IMG/VR virus record: IMGVR_UViG_3300028833_000093
DNA length: 55,302 nucleotides
Source of the DNA: an uncultured virus (IMG/VR IMGVR_UViG_3300028833_000093)
Taxonomy: Duplodnaviria > Heunggongvirae > Uroviricota > Caudoviricetes
Direction: 5' to 3' (one strand)
Under the pieces are notes generated by a model, which was not told where the DNA came from, made no database searches, and saw only the letters and a program-made list of their open reading frames with translations. Of this stretch, positions 16,543-26,657 are shown piece after piece; within the stretch, counting starts at the first letter, position 1; every line of letters begins with the position of its first letter. The position numbers and the translations under genes were made by a program.

Positions 16543-16677
16543 GGCGCAGTGGTGAAATTAAAAAACGTCTTAATCGTCATTTCTGCAAACCACTTGCTAG
16601 CGTTAGATTAGGAATACATCGGAAAACACACATTTTTATGGAAAATGAGATTACAAGTTCGACTCTTGTCTGCGCCA
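16543..16677 (+). ncRNA. tRNA(ATG)-like RNA with a Y-RNA-like stem inserted in the D-loop
   Basis: ggcgcag/ctgcgcc; cattt-ttatgga-aaatg; acaag-ttcgact-cttgt; insert cttaatc-gtcatttct-gc...gc-tagcgtta-gattagg-aatacatcg. Confidence 0.65.
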
Positions 16678-16799
16678 CACATCTTTGCAATTTTGTCTCG
16701 TCCCGACGGGCACAACGGGCGTAAGAAGTTAGCACTACTACATCATCCGGAGAGCGGAGCAAGATATAACTTCGGCAAGTACGTAAAGCTTGCAGCCAT

Positions 16800-16871
16800 G
16801 CCGAGATAGTACAACGGTTAGTACAGTCGTCTCATACGCGATGGATGGTAGTTCGATTCTATCTCTCGGTA
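16800..16871 (+). tRNA. tRNA(CAT), Met or Ile2
   Basis: gtcgt-ctcatac-gcgat. Confidence 0.85.
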
Positions 16872-17073
16872 CAAGAAAAATCTCTTTGCGACTTGCATGA
16901 TACGAGTGTACATGAAACATGCAAGTAAAGAAATCAAAAATGATTATAAATAAGTTAGTGGTGAATTTTATAATAAAAAACAGCAAATGAGAGATTTCGG
17001 GTACGCTATACGCAATGTTACAACGGCGGTTGAACAAGTGCAATGATGAGTTGCAAATCATCTTAGCGAAAAA

Positions 17074-17143
17074 AGATATATAGTGTAATGGGAGCACGCC
17101 TGCGTGAAGACAGGAAGTAGCGGTTCGAATCCCTTATATTCTA
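17074..17143 (+). pseudogene. Degenerate tRNA-like element (GAA-containing 8-nt loop)
   Basis: tagtgtaatgggagcac D arm, cctg-cgtgaaga-cagg, GGTTCGAATCC; poor acceptor and T stems. Confidence 0.45.
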
Positions 17144-17353
17144 CAACAGTTGGAGTTACAATTCCAGTGAAATATGCTCCAAGGTCCTTGACTTACCTGG
17201 AATAAGTGTGAAGGAACAGGTTGGTGGATAATGCGTTGGAAATAGATTTGAGACTATCGAAAACCCTTAAACAAGGCAATCTTAACTACTCATTTCGAGT
17301 TTGCCCACCTCGTGTAAAGTACCGAAAGCAGAGTGCTGTAAGCTTTACAATTT

Positions 17354-17425
17354 GCAGGTATAGCATAGTGGTTAATGCTCCAGTTTGCCATACTGGAGAC
17401 CCGAGTTCGATTCTCGGTACCCGCT
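17354..17425 (+). tRNA. tRNA-Gly(GCC)
   Basis: ccagt-ttgccat-actgg. Confidence 0.9.
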
Positions 17426-17428
17426 CTC

Positions 17429-17503
17429 GCAGCAATGGTGTTCAATGGTTTAGCATATGAGCCCTCCAAGCTCGAGGTGTCGGTTCGAATCCGGTTTGCT
17501 GCA
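17429..17503 (+). tRNA. tRNA-Gly(TCC)
   Basis: tgagc-cctccaa-gctcg (C33). Confidence 0.85.
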
Positions 17504-17563
17504 CTATTCTTTAATTTTTCCACCAATTTACATTTATTATTTAATTTGAGTATGTTATAAAAC

Positions 17564-18232
17564 ATGAAATGGACATTATTGAACATATTGTTGCTAATAA
17601 ATATTTTGGTGTATGGAAGCGGTTACAATGACTGTAGCAATTATTACAATCGCAGTAATAATATACCTACTCAGCAGGAATACCGAAGAATAGGATATAC
17701 TACAAATTATTCAAATGGTAATTTTAACTCATCAGTATATCAAACCAATAGTAATTTCGGTTATACAACACTCCATCGAAACAATTACACTACGGTACAT
17801 ACATATTCCGGCACTTACCAACCAGGAAACACTTCAAGACCGGGAGGTTCAGGGCCAAGAAGAATAACAGTGTACGATGGAAACGACAATTCAAGAGAAA
17901 CACCCGGTGGGGATAGAGATCCAGAAGGAGTATATCAATATGATGAAACGACAGGGATTTGGTACTATTCACCAGACGAAGGACAAACTTGGTATGAATA
18001 TAGACGAGCTTCTGGCTTCTGGGAAATGTTCATCGGTTTGTTTGGTGGGGGATGGGGTAATGACTGGAGATCTGTCAGTCATGAACCAACTGAAAATACC
18101 GAAAAGTGGGCATCAGACCCAGATGATCCATTCTTAACACCGGTAGGAGAATTTCCTATTGGTTTATTACTAATGCTAATGTTTATATACATACTATATC
18201 GAAATAGAACATACAGAAATGAAAAAACCTAA
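17564..18232 (+). CDS. Exported protein with C-terminal PEP-CTERM-like (PVG-TM-basic) sorting signal
   Basis: N-terminal signal peptide; ...DPDDPFLTPVGEFPIGLLLMLMFIYILYRNR. Confidence 0.6.
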   Translation: MKWTLLNILLLINILVYGSGYNDCSNYYNRSNNIPTQQEYRRIGYTTNYSNGNFNSSVYQTNSNFGYTTLHRNNYTTVHTYSGTYQPGNTSRPGGSGPRRITVYDGNDNSRETPGGDRDPEGVYQYDETTGIWYYSPDEGQTWYEYRRASGFWEMFIGLFGGGWGNDWRSVSHEPTENTEKWASDPDDPFLTPVGEFPIGLLLMLMFIYILYRNRTYRNEKT

Positions 18233-18240
18233 ACATAACT

Positions 18241-18897
18241 ATGAAAAAATTTTTAACTATTGCAGCACTTTTGTTTGCTAGTTTATCAATAATAGCTGCA
18301 CCTAAACTACAACCTAAAAAACTAGTTAAAGCTGATACAGACGCAGCAGTATCTATTGTTTACGCTGAAGAAGATGAACCAGGTATTATTGGAATCATCT
18401 GGCAAGGTGACTCAACTCTATCTAAAGCTTATGATATTCAATTGGGTTTGCTTGATACTGCAACTTACAACTATTCACTTATTGCAGATTTAGCATCTTA
18501 CAGTCGTGCATTTGCTATTGATGAGTATGATGGTTATTTTTCTATCTCATCTGATTTAGTATTAGAACATGGCGATAACTATTCAACTATTGGTGATTAT
18601 GGTGCCGATTCTGCTACTATTGCTAAATGGCAAGCTGCATGGGAAGTAAGTGTTAATGAGTCCGACTTCACATTAAAAGCAGGTACTTATGTTATCTTTG
18701 TAGAAGGTATTGATTTAAGTTTTAATACTACCGAAGATTATGATTATGCGGTTGTTGAAATTGTAGATAAAACAACTGACATAACAATAATTTTTGACGA
18801 AATGCCTAAAGCAAAATACTTAGACACAAAAACAAACACATTGTATATTCTTCGTGACGGTAAGAAATATGATGTAATGGGACGTATTGTAAAATAA
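18241..18897 (+). CDS. Secreted protein with Bacteroidales T9SS-type C-terminal domain
   Basis: Signal peptide; C-terminus LYILRDGKKYDVMGRIVK. Confidence 0.65.
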   Translation: MKKFLTIAALLFASLSIIAAPKLQPKKLVKADTDAAVSIVYAEEDEPGIIGIIWQGDSTLSKAYDIQLGLLDTATYNYSLIADLASYSRAFAIDEYDGYFSISSDLVLEHGDNYSTIGDYGADSATIAKWQAAWEVSVNESDFTLKAGTYVIFVEGIDLSFNTTEDYDYAVVEIVDKTTDITIIFDEMPKAKYLDTKTNTLYILRDGKKYDVMGRIVK

Positions 18898-18985
18898 CAT
18901 CAAATTGTGAATGTTTGTGATATAAGGGATGAAATGTTCATTCCTTATTTTTTTATTATATAGGTATAAATAATGATGTTGTGTT

Positions 18986-21727
18986 ATGAAAAAAGTTCTT
19001 CTATTTTTATCTTTTCTCCTAATGAGTATTGGGGTATGCATTGCAGATGAATCTGTAACATTTACAGCTTCAACAGATTATAGTTTAGTACAAAGTGGTA
19101 GTATCACAAAAAACGATATTACGATAACTGGTATTAGTTCGGCTCAATCAACAGATTTTCGAATTTATAAAGGAACAACACTATCAATATCATCAATATA
19201 TACAATTACATCAATTTCGTTTACATTTACTAGCGGAAGTAATAACGGGGGATGGAATGGTAATAGTGCAAATTATTCAGAAACTAATTTATCGACAAAT
19301 CATTGGTCCAAAACAACAACATCAGGTAACTCAGGAAAGCAAGCAAGAATAACAAATGTTGTAATTACATACATTATATCATCAACATATACTGTATTAT
19401 TAAACGATCGAGGAATAATAATAGACAACATAGAACAATCTCAACCGTATGAGGAAGTATCATTACCAGACATTGAAGTATACGATGAATGTGATTTGAA
19501 TGGATGGAAATTTATGGGATGGAGCACAAGTGAAAATATACACACTAGTTTATTTACAGAAAAATTTACTCCCACAAAAGACACAACATTATATGCAATA
19601 TATGGCATTACATCGTCTGCTAATACGGAATTTATTACAGATACATTAGACTATTATAAAATCGGTGTAGATTATGGATTAAATCCAGCTTATAGAAGTT
19701 TTTCTGGTATTAAACAAGCATCATTAGCTGAATATTCAGGTCAAACTGCTGGCGGTACGAACGAATCAGGCCATTCGATACAAATTACCGCATCTAATAG
19801 TATAAGAGGTATTATTTCTACTAATTCAGGTGGATTTTTATATAGTATTAGAGTAAAATGGAATGATGCAACTTATCAAGGAAGAGTGTTGTGGGTTTAT
19901 GAAAGTGATACTGCATTTTCAACTCCCTCTGAGTTATATCAAGGATCAAGAAATCATACAAATATATCTTATAATTCAACAGATGAGGTATTATTAAACG
20001 GAGGAAAATATATCGGAATAAGACCATATCAAAATGCATTATATATAGATACAATATTTATAACATGGCGTACATCAGGATATGAATATTCAGCAAATCC
20101 AAAATGTTTTTCCGTAGATATAGATGTATTAGAATGGTATAAGGATTCAGTGAAGTTTGATGTTGGTAATTTTGATAGTATACATACGTATTATGGAGAG
20201 ATGAATTCTTGCGATAGTATACGTATTGAATTAACAAGAAATGATAGTACATGCATTAGATGGTTTCAAGTACCTATTTTTGCAGGTCAACATACTATAT
20301 TAGATAACTCAAACTGCGATGTAGTTGTGCTTAAAGATTCTATATTGACTATAAATGGTGACATTTCCAATCATAATGTAAAAGTATATGGTGGTGGAAC
20401 GTTGTTAGTTCCTTCTGGTACGACATACACAATAAACTCTCTTGCTTTACGTAAGGCTGATAACACACCGGCATACTTATCGTTATATGGCAATTTGAAT
20501 TTAAGTGGAGATAGTAGTTTGTTCTTGGATATTTATACAGATCCTTCTGATTGGCGTTGGTTAGCATTACCAGAATCATTCAAAGTAAAAGATATTATTA
20601 AATCAAATGGTAAGAGGGCAATATTCGGAACAGACTATCTAATTAAAACTTATGATGGTAACAAACGTTCGATTGAGAAACGAAATGGATGGATCACGGT
20701 AGATGAAAATAAGACATTTGCACCAGGAGAAGGATTCATCTTTGGTATAGCTGGTGATGGAACTATTAAACAAGAGTATCGGTTTAAGTTTGCTAATACA
20801 GCACTGAACAGAGAGAAAGTCGACAAAACACTTTCTTGGGAGACACTTAAAGCATGGGGGTGTACAACGGAAGGTCTAGCTCCTAATCATATAGGATGGA
20901 ATCTTATAGGGAATCCGTATTTTACTTCTATCGAAACTGAAATATATTCACCTATACGTATTGGACATTTGATTAAAGATCCGTCTGGTGATACATGGAA
21001 TGGTAAATGGATAGTGGATCCAGATGAAACAGAAGCAAGACTGAGGTATCGTGTCGTTAAGTGTGCTCCTGAACTAAGCGATGATGGTAGTTATCGTTCT
21101 GAGTTATTAGATGAAATATATTTAGAACCATTTGAATGTTTCTTTGTTCAGCTAGGAGGAAACAACACTAATCCTCAGTCAATAACGCTAGATGCTAATA
21201 AAAGACGCTCTATTGTTTCTCGTTATCATGAAGACTCGGATGAAGAATTATTCCTTCGTGTTTATATAAACGATGCAAAAACTGGAATGTTCATATCAAA
21301 TAAATTTACTGCTGAATATGAGCCAGGAGATGACTTTGAATCAAGAAGACCTATATATCAATCAATAAATGGATATAAACTGCTCTATTCAGCCATCAAT
21401 GACAGTATACTTGAGAATGGAGTACTTATCAATACTCCGGCCGGTCATTTGTATTTAGATCCGAAAGTAAAGACAGACCTATTTGAACAAATCTATGTGC
21501 TTTATAATAATGAATGGTATGACTTGTTACATGGGGATGAATTAGATGTAGAAGGACAGTTCACACTCTTTGGCAAACGAAAGACAGAACAGATTGCTAC
21601 CGGAAATGAAAAGATTATAACCGGTCCTGGTACATACAAGATAATCAAAAATGGCAAACTGTATATCATAAAAAATCGAACAATTTATTCGATATTTGGA
21701 ACAGAAATTTCACATAGAGCAAGATAA
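18986..21727 (+). CDS. Large secreted surface protein (InlB-B/Flg_new-like repeat, T9SS-type CTD)
   Basis: Signal peptide; GWKFMGWST...DTTLYAIY repeat; GWNLIGNPY; KIIKNGKLYIIKNRTIYSIFG. Confidence 0.65.
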   Translation: MKKVLLFLSFLLMSIGVCIADESVTFTASTDYSLVQSGSITKNDITITGISSAQSTDFRIYKGTTLSISSIYTITSISFTFTSGSNNGGWNGNSANYSETNLSTNHWSKTTTSGNSGKQARITNVVITYIISSTYTVLLNDRGIIIDNIEQSQPYEEVSLPDIEVYDECDLNGWKFMGWSTSENIHTSLFTEKFTPTKDTTLYAIYGITSSANTEFITDTLDYYKIGVDYGLNPAYRSFSGIKQASLAEYSGQTAGGTNESGHSIQITASNSIRGIISTNSGGFLYSIRVKWNDATYQGRVLWVYESDTAFSTPSELYQGSRNHTNISYNSTDEVLLNGGKYIGIRPYQNALYIDTIFITWRTSGYEYSANPKCFSVDIDVLEWYKDSVKFDVGNFDSIHTYYGEMNSCDSIRIELTRNDSTCIRWFQVPIFAGQHTILDNSNCDVVVLKDSILTINGDISNHNVKVYGGGTLLVPSGTTYTINSLALRKADNTPAYLSLYGNLNLSGDSSLFLDIYTDPSDWRWLALPESFKVKDIIKSNGKRAIFGTDYLIKTYDGNKRSIEKRNGWITVDENKTFAPGEGFIFGIAGDGTIKQEYRFKFANTALNREKVDKTLSWETLKAWGCTTEGLAPNHIGWNLIGNPYFTSIETEIYSPIRIGHLIKDPSGDTWNGKWIVDPDETEARLRYRVVKCAPELSDDGSYRSELLDEIYLEPFECFFVQLGGNNTNPQSITLDANKRRSIVSRYHEDSDEELFLRVYINDAKTGMFISNKFTAEYEPGDDFESRRPIYQSINGYKLLYSAINDSILENGVLINTPAGHLYLDPKVKTDLFEQIYVLYNNEWYDLLHGDELDVEGQFTLFGKRKTEQIATGNEKIITGPGTYKIIKNGKLYIIKNRTIYSIFGTEISHRAR

Positions 21728-21815
21728 AAATCTTGCTCTTTTTTATGCTTAATTTGGGTTAAAATAATGCCTCTTTTATCTATATTATATTCGTAAAATA
21801 GTTAGTAAAAATTTT

Positions 21816-24122
21816 ATGAAAGTAGAGAAAAGAGATGGTACGATTCAGCCATTTAAGTTTGAAAAAATTGAGGCAGCGGTAACCAAAGTATTCGAGAGCA
21901 AGCCTATATGTGAGCCTGTTCCTGAAGCATTCATTGAACAGCTCCGAGAACACTTCAATACACTCGTTACCAAACAAGATGCCAAAGATCCAAACTATGC
22001 AATGCCAATCGAGGAAATCCAAGACATTATCCGAGATTTCTTGATTAAAAAGAACAAGATTAAGGCAGCTGAGTCATTTATTTTGTACCGTAAAAAAAGA
22101 GAAGAAGTTCGTGAAGGAAAGTCGTGGTTAACCAAAGAGATATTCAGAAAATTAAAAGGTGATGATGTAGAAAATCAGAACGCGAACTTAGATGAAGCAA
22201 GTTTTGGTGGTCGTATGGGAGAGGCAAACCGAGTAGTAACAAAAGATTTTGCCCTGAAACATATTGTATCTAAGATGGCTCGAGATAATCATAATAAGAA
22301 CTTAATTTATATACATGATCTGGATTCCTATGCAGTAGGTATGCATAACTGCCTGACTATTCCATTTGATAAGTTGTTGAGAGATGGGTTTGCAGTGCGT
22401 CAAACGGATGTACGTCATGCCAACTCTATCAATACCGCTATGCAATTGGTAGCCGTTATTTTCCAAGTACAATCATTGCAACAATTCGGGGGTGTATCTG
22501 CAAGTCATTTGGATTGGACGATGGTACCTTATGTGCGTAAATCATTCAACAAGCATTATTGTGATGGATTGAAATATGTAGAAGGACAAGAAAAATTGAT
22601 TTCTATCTACAAAAACCCAACAGCACATCCAATTGAAGAAATTTCTATTGAAGATGGTTGGTACAAGCTCTATCCTAAAGCATATCAATATGCAATGGAC
22701 ATGACTATTAAAGAATGTCATCAGGCGGTAGAAGGTATGTATCATAATTTGAATACATTACAATCACGCTCTGGTAATCAGCTTCCATTCACTTCTATTA
22801 ACTACGGTACCTGCACATTACCAGAAGGTCGTATGGTAATCAAAGAGTTATTAGAGGTGTCCATTGAAGGGTTGGGCAAGTTCGGTCGTACATCGATTTT
22901 CCCTTGTGGTATATTCCAATATATGAAAGGAGTTAATGACAAGCCAGGCACCCCAAATTACGATATGAAATTATTGGCACTCAAGAGCACATCCAAACGC
23001 TTGTACCCGAACTATGCCAATGTAGACTGGTCTGGTAATGCAGGTTATGATGTCAATGATCCAAATACCTACTTTAGCACGATGGGTTGTAGAACTGCTA
23101 ATGGTTTCGACATCAATGGTTTCGGTCAATTGAAAGATGGTCGTGGAAATATCTGTCCGGTAACGGTAATTCTTCCTACTATTGCAATGGAAGTAAAACT
23201 CAAATTGGATAAGCTCGGTGATGTAGAAGACCATTTGACCAAGCATGAGCGTTACATGCACGAGTTCTTAATAAAGTTGGACCAAAAAATATTCGAGGCA
23301 AAAGACATGCTGATTGAACGATTTAACTTTATCGCTTCACAGAGTCCTGCATCAGCTCGTTTCATGTATGAGAATGGAACAATGGCCGGTTATGTACCAG
23401 AAGAAGGAATTATCTCAGCATTGAAACATGGTACACTCTCATTAGGTCAGCTTGGTGTTGCAGAAGCGCTTCAAATTCTTATTGGATGTGACCATACTAC
23501 TGAAGAAGGAATGAAATATGCGAAAGAAATCGAAGCATTGTATAAGAAACGCTGTGCCGAGTTCAAGCAACAATACAAACTCAACTTCGGTGTATACTAC
23601 ACTCCAGCAGAAAATCTTTGCTATACCGCATTCAAGAAGTGGAAAGAGAAATACGGAGATTTTGAAGGTGTTACATACTACTACGACAAAGATGGTCTTC
23701 GTGTAGATAAGTTATATTTCACTAACTCTATGCATGTGCCTGTATATTACGAGCTTTCACCATTCGAGAAGATTGATATTGAAAGTCAACTTACTGGTTA
23801 TTCGAGTGCTGGCTGTATCACATATATTGAAGTAAAGCATGACATCATACATAATATCGAAGCATTGGAAAAGATGGTAGATTATGCAATGGAAAAAGAT
23901 ATTCCTTATTTCGCTATCAACCTACCCAATGATATGTGCAATGACTGTGGATATACTGGCTTGATTGGGCATAACTGTCCAAAGTGCGGTTCTGAAAATA
24001 TTTCTAGACTCCGTCGTGTAACAGGGTATTTGACCGGGGATTACAAGTCCGCATTTAATTTAGGTAAACAAGTAGAAACAGAACAACGTGTTATTCATGG
24101 AAATGAGATAAATTTGGAATGA
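21816..24122 (+). CDS. nrdD: Anaerobic ribonucleoside-triphosphate reductase (class III), with ATP-cone
   Basis: MKVEKRDG ATP cone, IYIHDLD, TMGCRT, TPAENLC, YFTNS, CxxC...CxxC, RRVTGYL glycyl-radical motif. Confidence 0.97.
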   Translation: MKVEKRDGTIQPFKFEKIEAAVTKVFESKPICEPVPEAFIEQLREHFNTLVTKQDAKDPNYAMPIEEIQDIIRDFLIKKNKIKAAESFILYRKKREEVREGKSWLTKEIFRKLKGDDVENQNANLDEASFGGRMGEANRVVTKDFALKHIVSKMARDNHNKNLIYIHDLDSYAVGMHNCLTIPFDKLLRDGFAVRQTDVRHANSINTAMQLVAVIFQVQSLQQFGGVSASHLDWTMVPYVRKSFNKHYCDGLKYVEGQEKLISIYKNPTAHPIEEISIEDGWYKLYPKAYQYAMDMTIKECHQAVEGMYHNLNTLQSRSGNQLPFTSINYGTCTLPEGRMVIKELLEVSIEGLGKFGRTSIFPCGIFQYMKGVNDKPGTPNYDMKLLALKSTSKRLYPNYANVDWSGNAGYDVNDPNTYFSTMGCRTANGFDINGFGQLKDGRGNICPVTVILPTIAMEVKLKLDKLGDVEDHLTKHERYMHEFLIKLDQKIFEAKDMLIERFNFIASQSPASARFMYENGTMAGYVPEEGIISALKHGTLSLGQLGVAEALQILIGCDHTTEEGMKYAKEIEALYKKRCAEFKQQYKLNFGVYYTPAENLCYTAFKKWKEKYGDFEGVTYYYDKDGLRVDKLYFTNSMHVPVYYELSPFEKIDIESQLTGYSSAGCITYIEVKHDIIHNIEALEKMVDYAMEKDIPYFAINLPNDMCNDCGYTGLIGHNCPKCGSENISRLRRVTGYLTGDYKSAFNLGKQVETEQRVIHGNEINLE

Positions 24123-24625
24123 TTATGAGTGATGACTTTAGAGTATTGACAATCACATATCCCGATGTGGAGAATGGTCTGGGATGTAGAGTAACGATTT
24201 GGACATCAGGCTGTTCACATCATTGTCCTGGCTGTCATAATCCACATACTTGGTTGTATGGACAAGGTAAAAAACTAGATGACCCAACTGTAAGACAGAA
24301 AATTTTTGAAGCAGTAGACAAACCATATATAAAAGGTATTACTTTATCAGGAGGAGATCCACTGGACCAATCTTTTTCTGCTTTACAAGAATTAGAAATT
24401 TTTATTGATGATTTCAAAAAAGAATTTCCTGATAAAGACATTTGGGTATTTGCCGGAGATACAATTGAAACATTAGTACAATCTCCCATCAAAAAACGTA
24501 TCCTACAAAAATGTGATGTGCTGGTGGATGGACCGTTTATTCAAGCACAGTACGATCCAGATATTGAATTTAGAGGTAGTAAGAACCAACGAATTATTGA
24601 TTTGAAAAAGTGGTTTGTAAAATAA
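24119..24625 (+). CDS. nrdG: Anaerobic RNR activating protein (radical SAM)
   Basis: GCSHHCPGCHN, LSGGDPL, VDGPF, RGSKNQR. Confidence 0.96.
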   Translation: MIMSDDFRVLTITYPDVENGLGCRVTIWTSGCSHHCPGCHNPHTWLYGQGKKLDDPTVRQKIFEAVDKPYIKGITLSGGDPLDQSFSALQELEIFIDDFKKEFPDKDIWVFAGDTIETLVQSPIKKRILQKCDVLVDGPFIQAQYDPDIEFRGSKNQRIIDLKKWFVK

Positions 24626-24652
24626 CTGCGGGACACAAAGACAAAATTATTG

Positions 24653-24680
24653 TTAATATATATCAATAATTTCATATATT
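24653..24680 (+). promoter_or_regulatory. Putative phage promoter (TTAATAT-N15-TATATT)
   Basis: Variant of the recurring motif, 23 nt upstream of an ATG. Confidence 0.55.
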
Positions 24681-24703
24681 GTTATTAAAATACAAAGTTA
24701 TTT

Positions 24704-25381
24704 ATGACAGAACAAGAACTTATTCAAGAAAACGAAAAACTCAAAGGACGTTTAGCGAAAGCAATTGAGGTATTCAAAGAGCAAAAAGAAAACATTACTA
24801 CATTAACTGAAGAACGCGATAAAGCGAAAGCGGATGCGGATTTTCAAGCAGCAAAGGTACAAAAACTAGAGGAAAAACTTGCAGAGAAATCAGAAAATGA
24901 TGACAAATTTTTTGAGCAAGAAGAAGAAATCGGTAATTTGAATGCTAAAATTGAACAACTTACTGCTGATAATTCTAATTTGAATGACTCATTGAACTAT
25001 GAGATTGGTCAAAAACAAGAATTGCAAGAAGTAGCAGAAAAACAAGCGAAAAATGTGGCTGAACGGGACAGTATTATTGATGAGCTTCGTGAAAAAGTTA
25101 ATTCTCTTTCCACTAAATTAAATCAATGTTCTAACGAGCTTTCTGCCGCTAAAAAAGACTTGGAAGAACTTGAGATTGACTATAATAATTCAGTAGAAGA
25201 ACGAGAAAATATAGAAAAAGAGAACAAAGAACAGCACGAAACTATTGAAAATCTAACAAATGCTTTGGATAAAGTAAATGAATCATTGAACCAAGAAAGA
25301 AAAGAACATCAAGAATTTATTGGTCGTTTGATTGATAAAGAATATGAATTACATACCATGTTGACTACCAACGCCGGTTAG
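24704..25381 (+). CDS. Coiled-coil protein
   Basis: E/K/L heptad-rich, 225 aa. Confidence 0.7.
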   Translation: MTEQELIQENEKLKGRLAKAIEVFKEQKENITTLTEERDKAKADADFQAAKVQKLEEKLAEKSENDDKFFEQEEEIGNLNAKIEQLTADNSNLNDSLNYEIGQKQELQEVAEKQAKNVAERDSIIDELREKVNSLSTKLNQCSNELSAAKKDLEELEIDYNNSVEERENIEKENKEQHETIENLTNALDKVNESLNQERKEHQEFIGRLIDKEYELHTMLTTNAG

Positions 25382-25391
25382 TCAACAGTAT

Positions 25392-25473
25392 ACTCCTGTG
25401 CTGGAATTGGTAGACAGGCTAGATTAAGGATCTAGTGCCGTAAGGCGTGTGGGTTCGAGTCCCACCAGGAGTA
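25392..25473 (+). tRNA. tRNA-Leu(AAG)
   Basis: ctaga-ttaagga-tctag, long variable arm. Confidence 0.92.
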
Positions 25474-25478
25474 CATAC

Positions 25479-25551
25479 GACCATCGGGTCCGGGCGGTTT
25501 AGGCACTTGTCTGCAAAACAAGGTAGCGGGGTTCGACTCCCTGGATGGTCA
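25479..25551 (+). tRNA. tRNA-Cys(GCA)
   Basis: cttgt-ctgcaaa-acaag. Confidence 0.88.
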
Positions 25552-25556
25552 CATAA

Positions 25557-25632
25557 GTCCGTTTCGTCTAATCGGTTAGGACGGCAGATTCTCAATCTGT
25601 AAATCTGGGTTCGAACCCCAGTTCGGGTACCA
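25557..25632 (+). tRNA. tRNA-Glu(CTC)
   Basis: gcaga-ttctcaa-tctgt; encoded CCA. Confidence 0.85.
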
Positions 25633-25651
25633 TTTTTAATTACTAAAAACA

Positions 25652-26053
25652 ATGACACAAGAACAGACACAAGCATTATGGGACGCGATTAAAAGTCCCG
25701 ACAAAGCAGTTATGACATCCATTGGATCTGGTTATACAATTGTAGCCGGAGAGAAAGGATTGACTTATGCACTAGAACATTGTAATGGACGTACATTTTG
25801 TATTAAAACATTAACCCCATACAAAGATTTGCATGAATTTACAAATCATCAAGATGCACATAGCAAGTATATCTGCTTCAAGGATTACCCGACTGGATTA
25901 AAATTACCTATTGAAATAAACAATGATGGTATTTATGTAAAATGGTTTGATGGAATGCAATTTGTGTCTTATAGTGATTTAGCAGAAGGATGCACTTGGC
26001 AAGACGGTTGGCCTTGTGGAATTCTTGGTAAAACAATTGAAACAATTTACTAA
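25652..26053 (+). CDS. Hypothetical protein
   Basis: 133-aa ORF. Confidence 0.65.
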   Translation: MTQEQTQALWDAIKSPDKAVMTSIGSGYTIVAGEKGLTYALEHCNGRTFCIKTLTPYKDLHEFTNHQDAHSKYICFKDYPTGLKLPIEINNDGIYVKWFDGMQFVSYSDLAEGCTWQDGWPCGILGKTIETIY

Positions 26054-26071
26054 AAAAACAAATCAAATAAT

Positions 26072-26272
26072 ATGAAGAATTGGAATTGGAAGCAATGGAC
26101 TGCATTTGGTCTTGTTGCAGCAGTGATTATCGTTGGAGTAATTCTCCATTTAGTTCAACCTCAAGTAACCTATGCATGGCTTGAAATCGTGTCTGCTGGT
26201 ACATTTGTATTGGGTGGTGTTGCTACTTGGTTGTTTATGAAAGGAAAGACTCCGGTACAGATTAACTCATAA
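26072..26272 (+). CDS. Small two-TM membrane protein
   Basis: Two hydrophobic segments. Confidence 0.65.
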   Translation: MKNWNWKQWTAFGLVAAVIIVGVILHLVQPQVTYAWLEIVSAGTFVLGGVATWLFMKGKTPVQINS

Positions 26273-26363
26273 GAATTTTTTGTTCGATAATAGAACACGG
26301 GACTGGGTAAAAATACTCAGTCCTTTTTATATTTTTTATATGTACTTAAATGACAAATAATTT

Positions 26364-26657
26364 ATGACACACAAAGAGTTAAAAAGAGCTAGTTATATTT
26401 ACGCCAAAGAGAAAGCCGGCGTTATTTTGACAGAGAGTGAGCAAGCATTTATTGATGAACACAGAACTGAGTATGAACAATCCGAGATGTATCAAAACAC
26501 CGAAGAGATGACTGATGAGGATGCACAAAAACTGAAAGAACATTTCAAAATTCCGGATGAAGTAGATGCAAAAGAGTTCTTTAAGAAAGTGCGTATCAAT
26601 ATGATCCGAAAGAGATTTGCAAATAAGCTGAAACCGGAGGAACCTGATGATGAATAA
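26364..26657 (+). CDS. Hypothetical protein
   Basis: 97-aa ORF overlapping the next start. Confidence 0.6.
   Translation: MTHKELKRASYIYAKEKAGVILTESEQAFIDEHRTEYEQSEMYQNTEEMTDEDAQKLKEHFKIPDEVDAKEFFKKVRINMIRKRFANKLKPEEPDDE

Noticed and set aside
17147..17350. Further ncRNAs in spacers (also 13480-13590, 16440-16530, 16690-16795)
   Set aside because: Local hairpins are visible but I could not establish a coherent fold or repeated motif by eye.
12635..17586. Short ORFs on both strands in the tRNA region
   Set aside because: They overlap tRNA/ncRNA genes and are artefacts of GC-richer RNA genes; only 14596-14799 looks like a real protein.
21816..24122. Intein or intron in nrdD
   Set aside because: Length (768 aa) and motif spacing are normal; no C/S...HN splice motifs.
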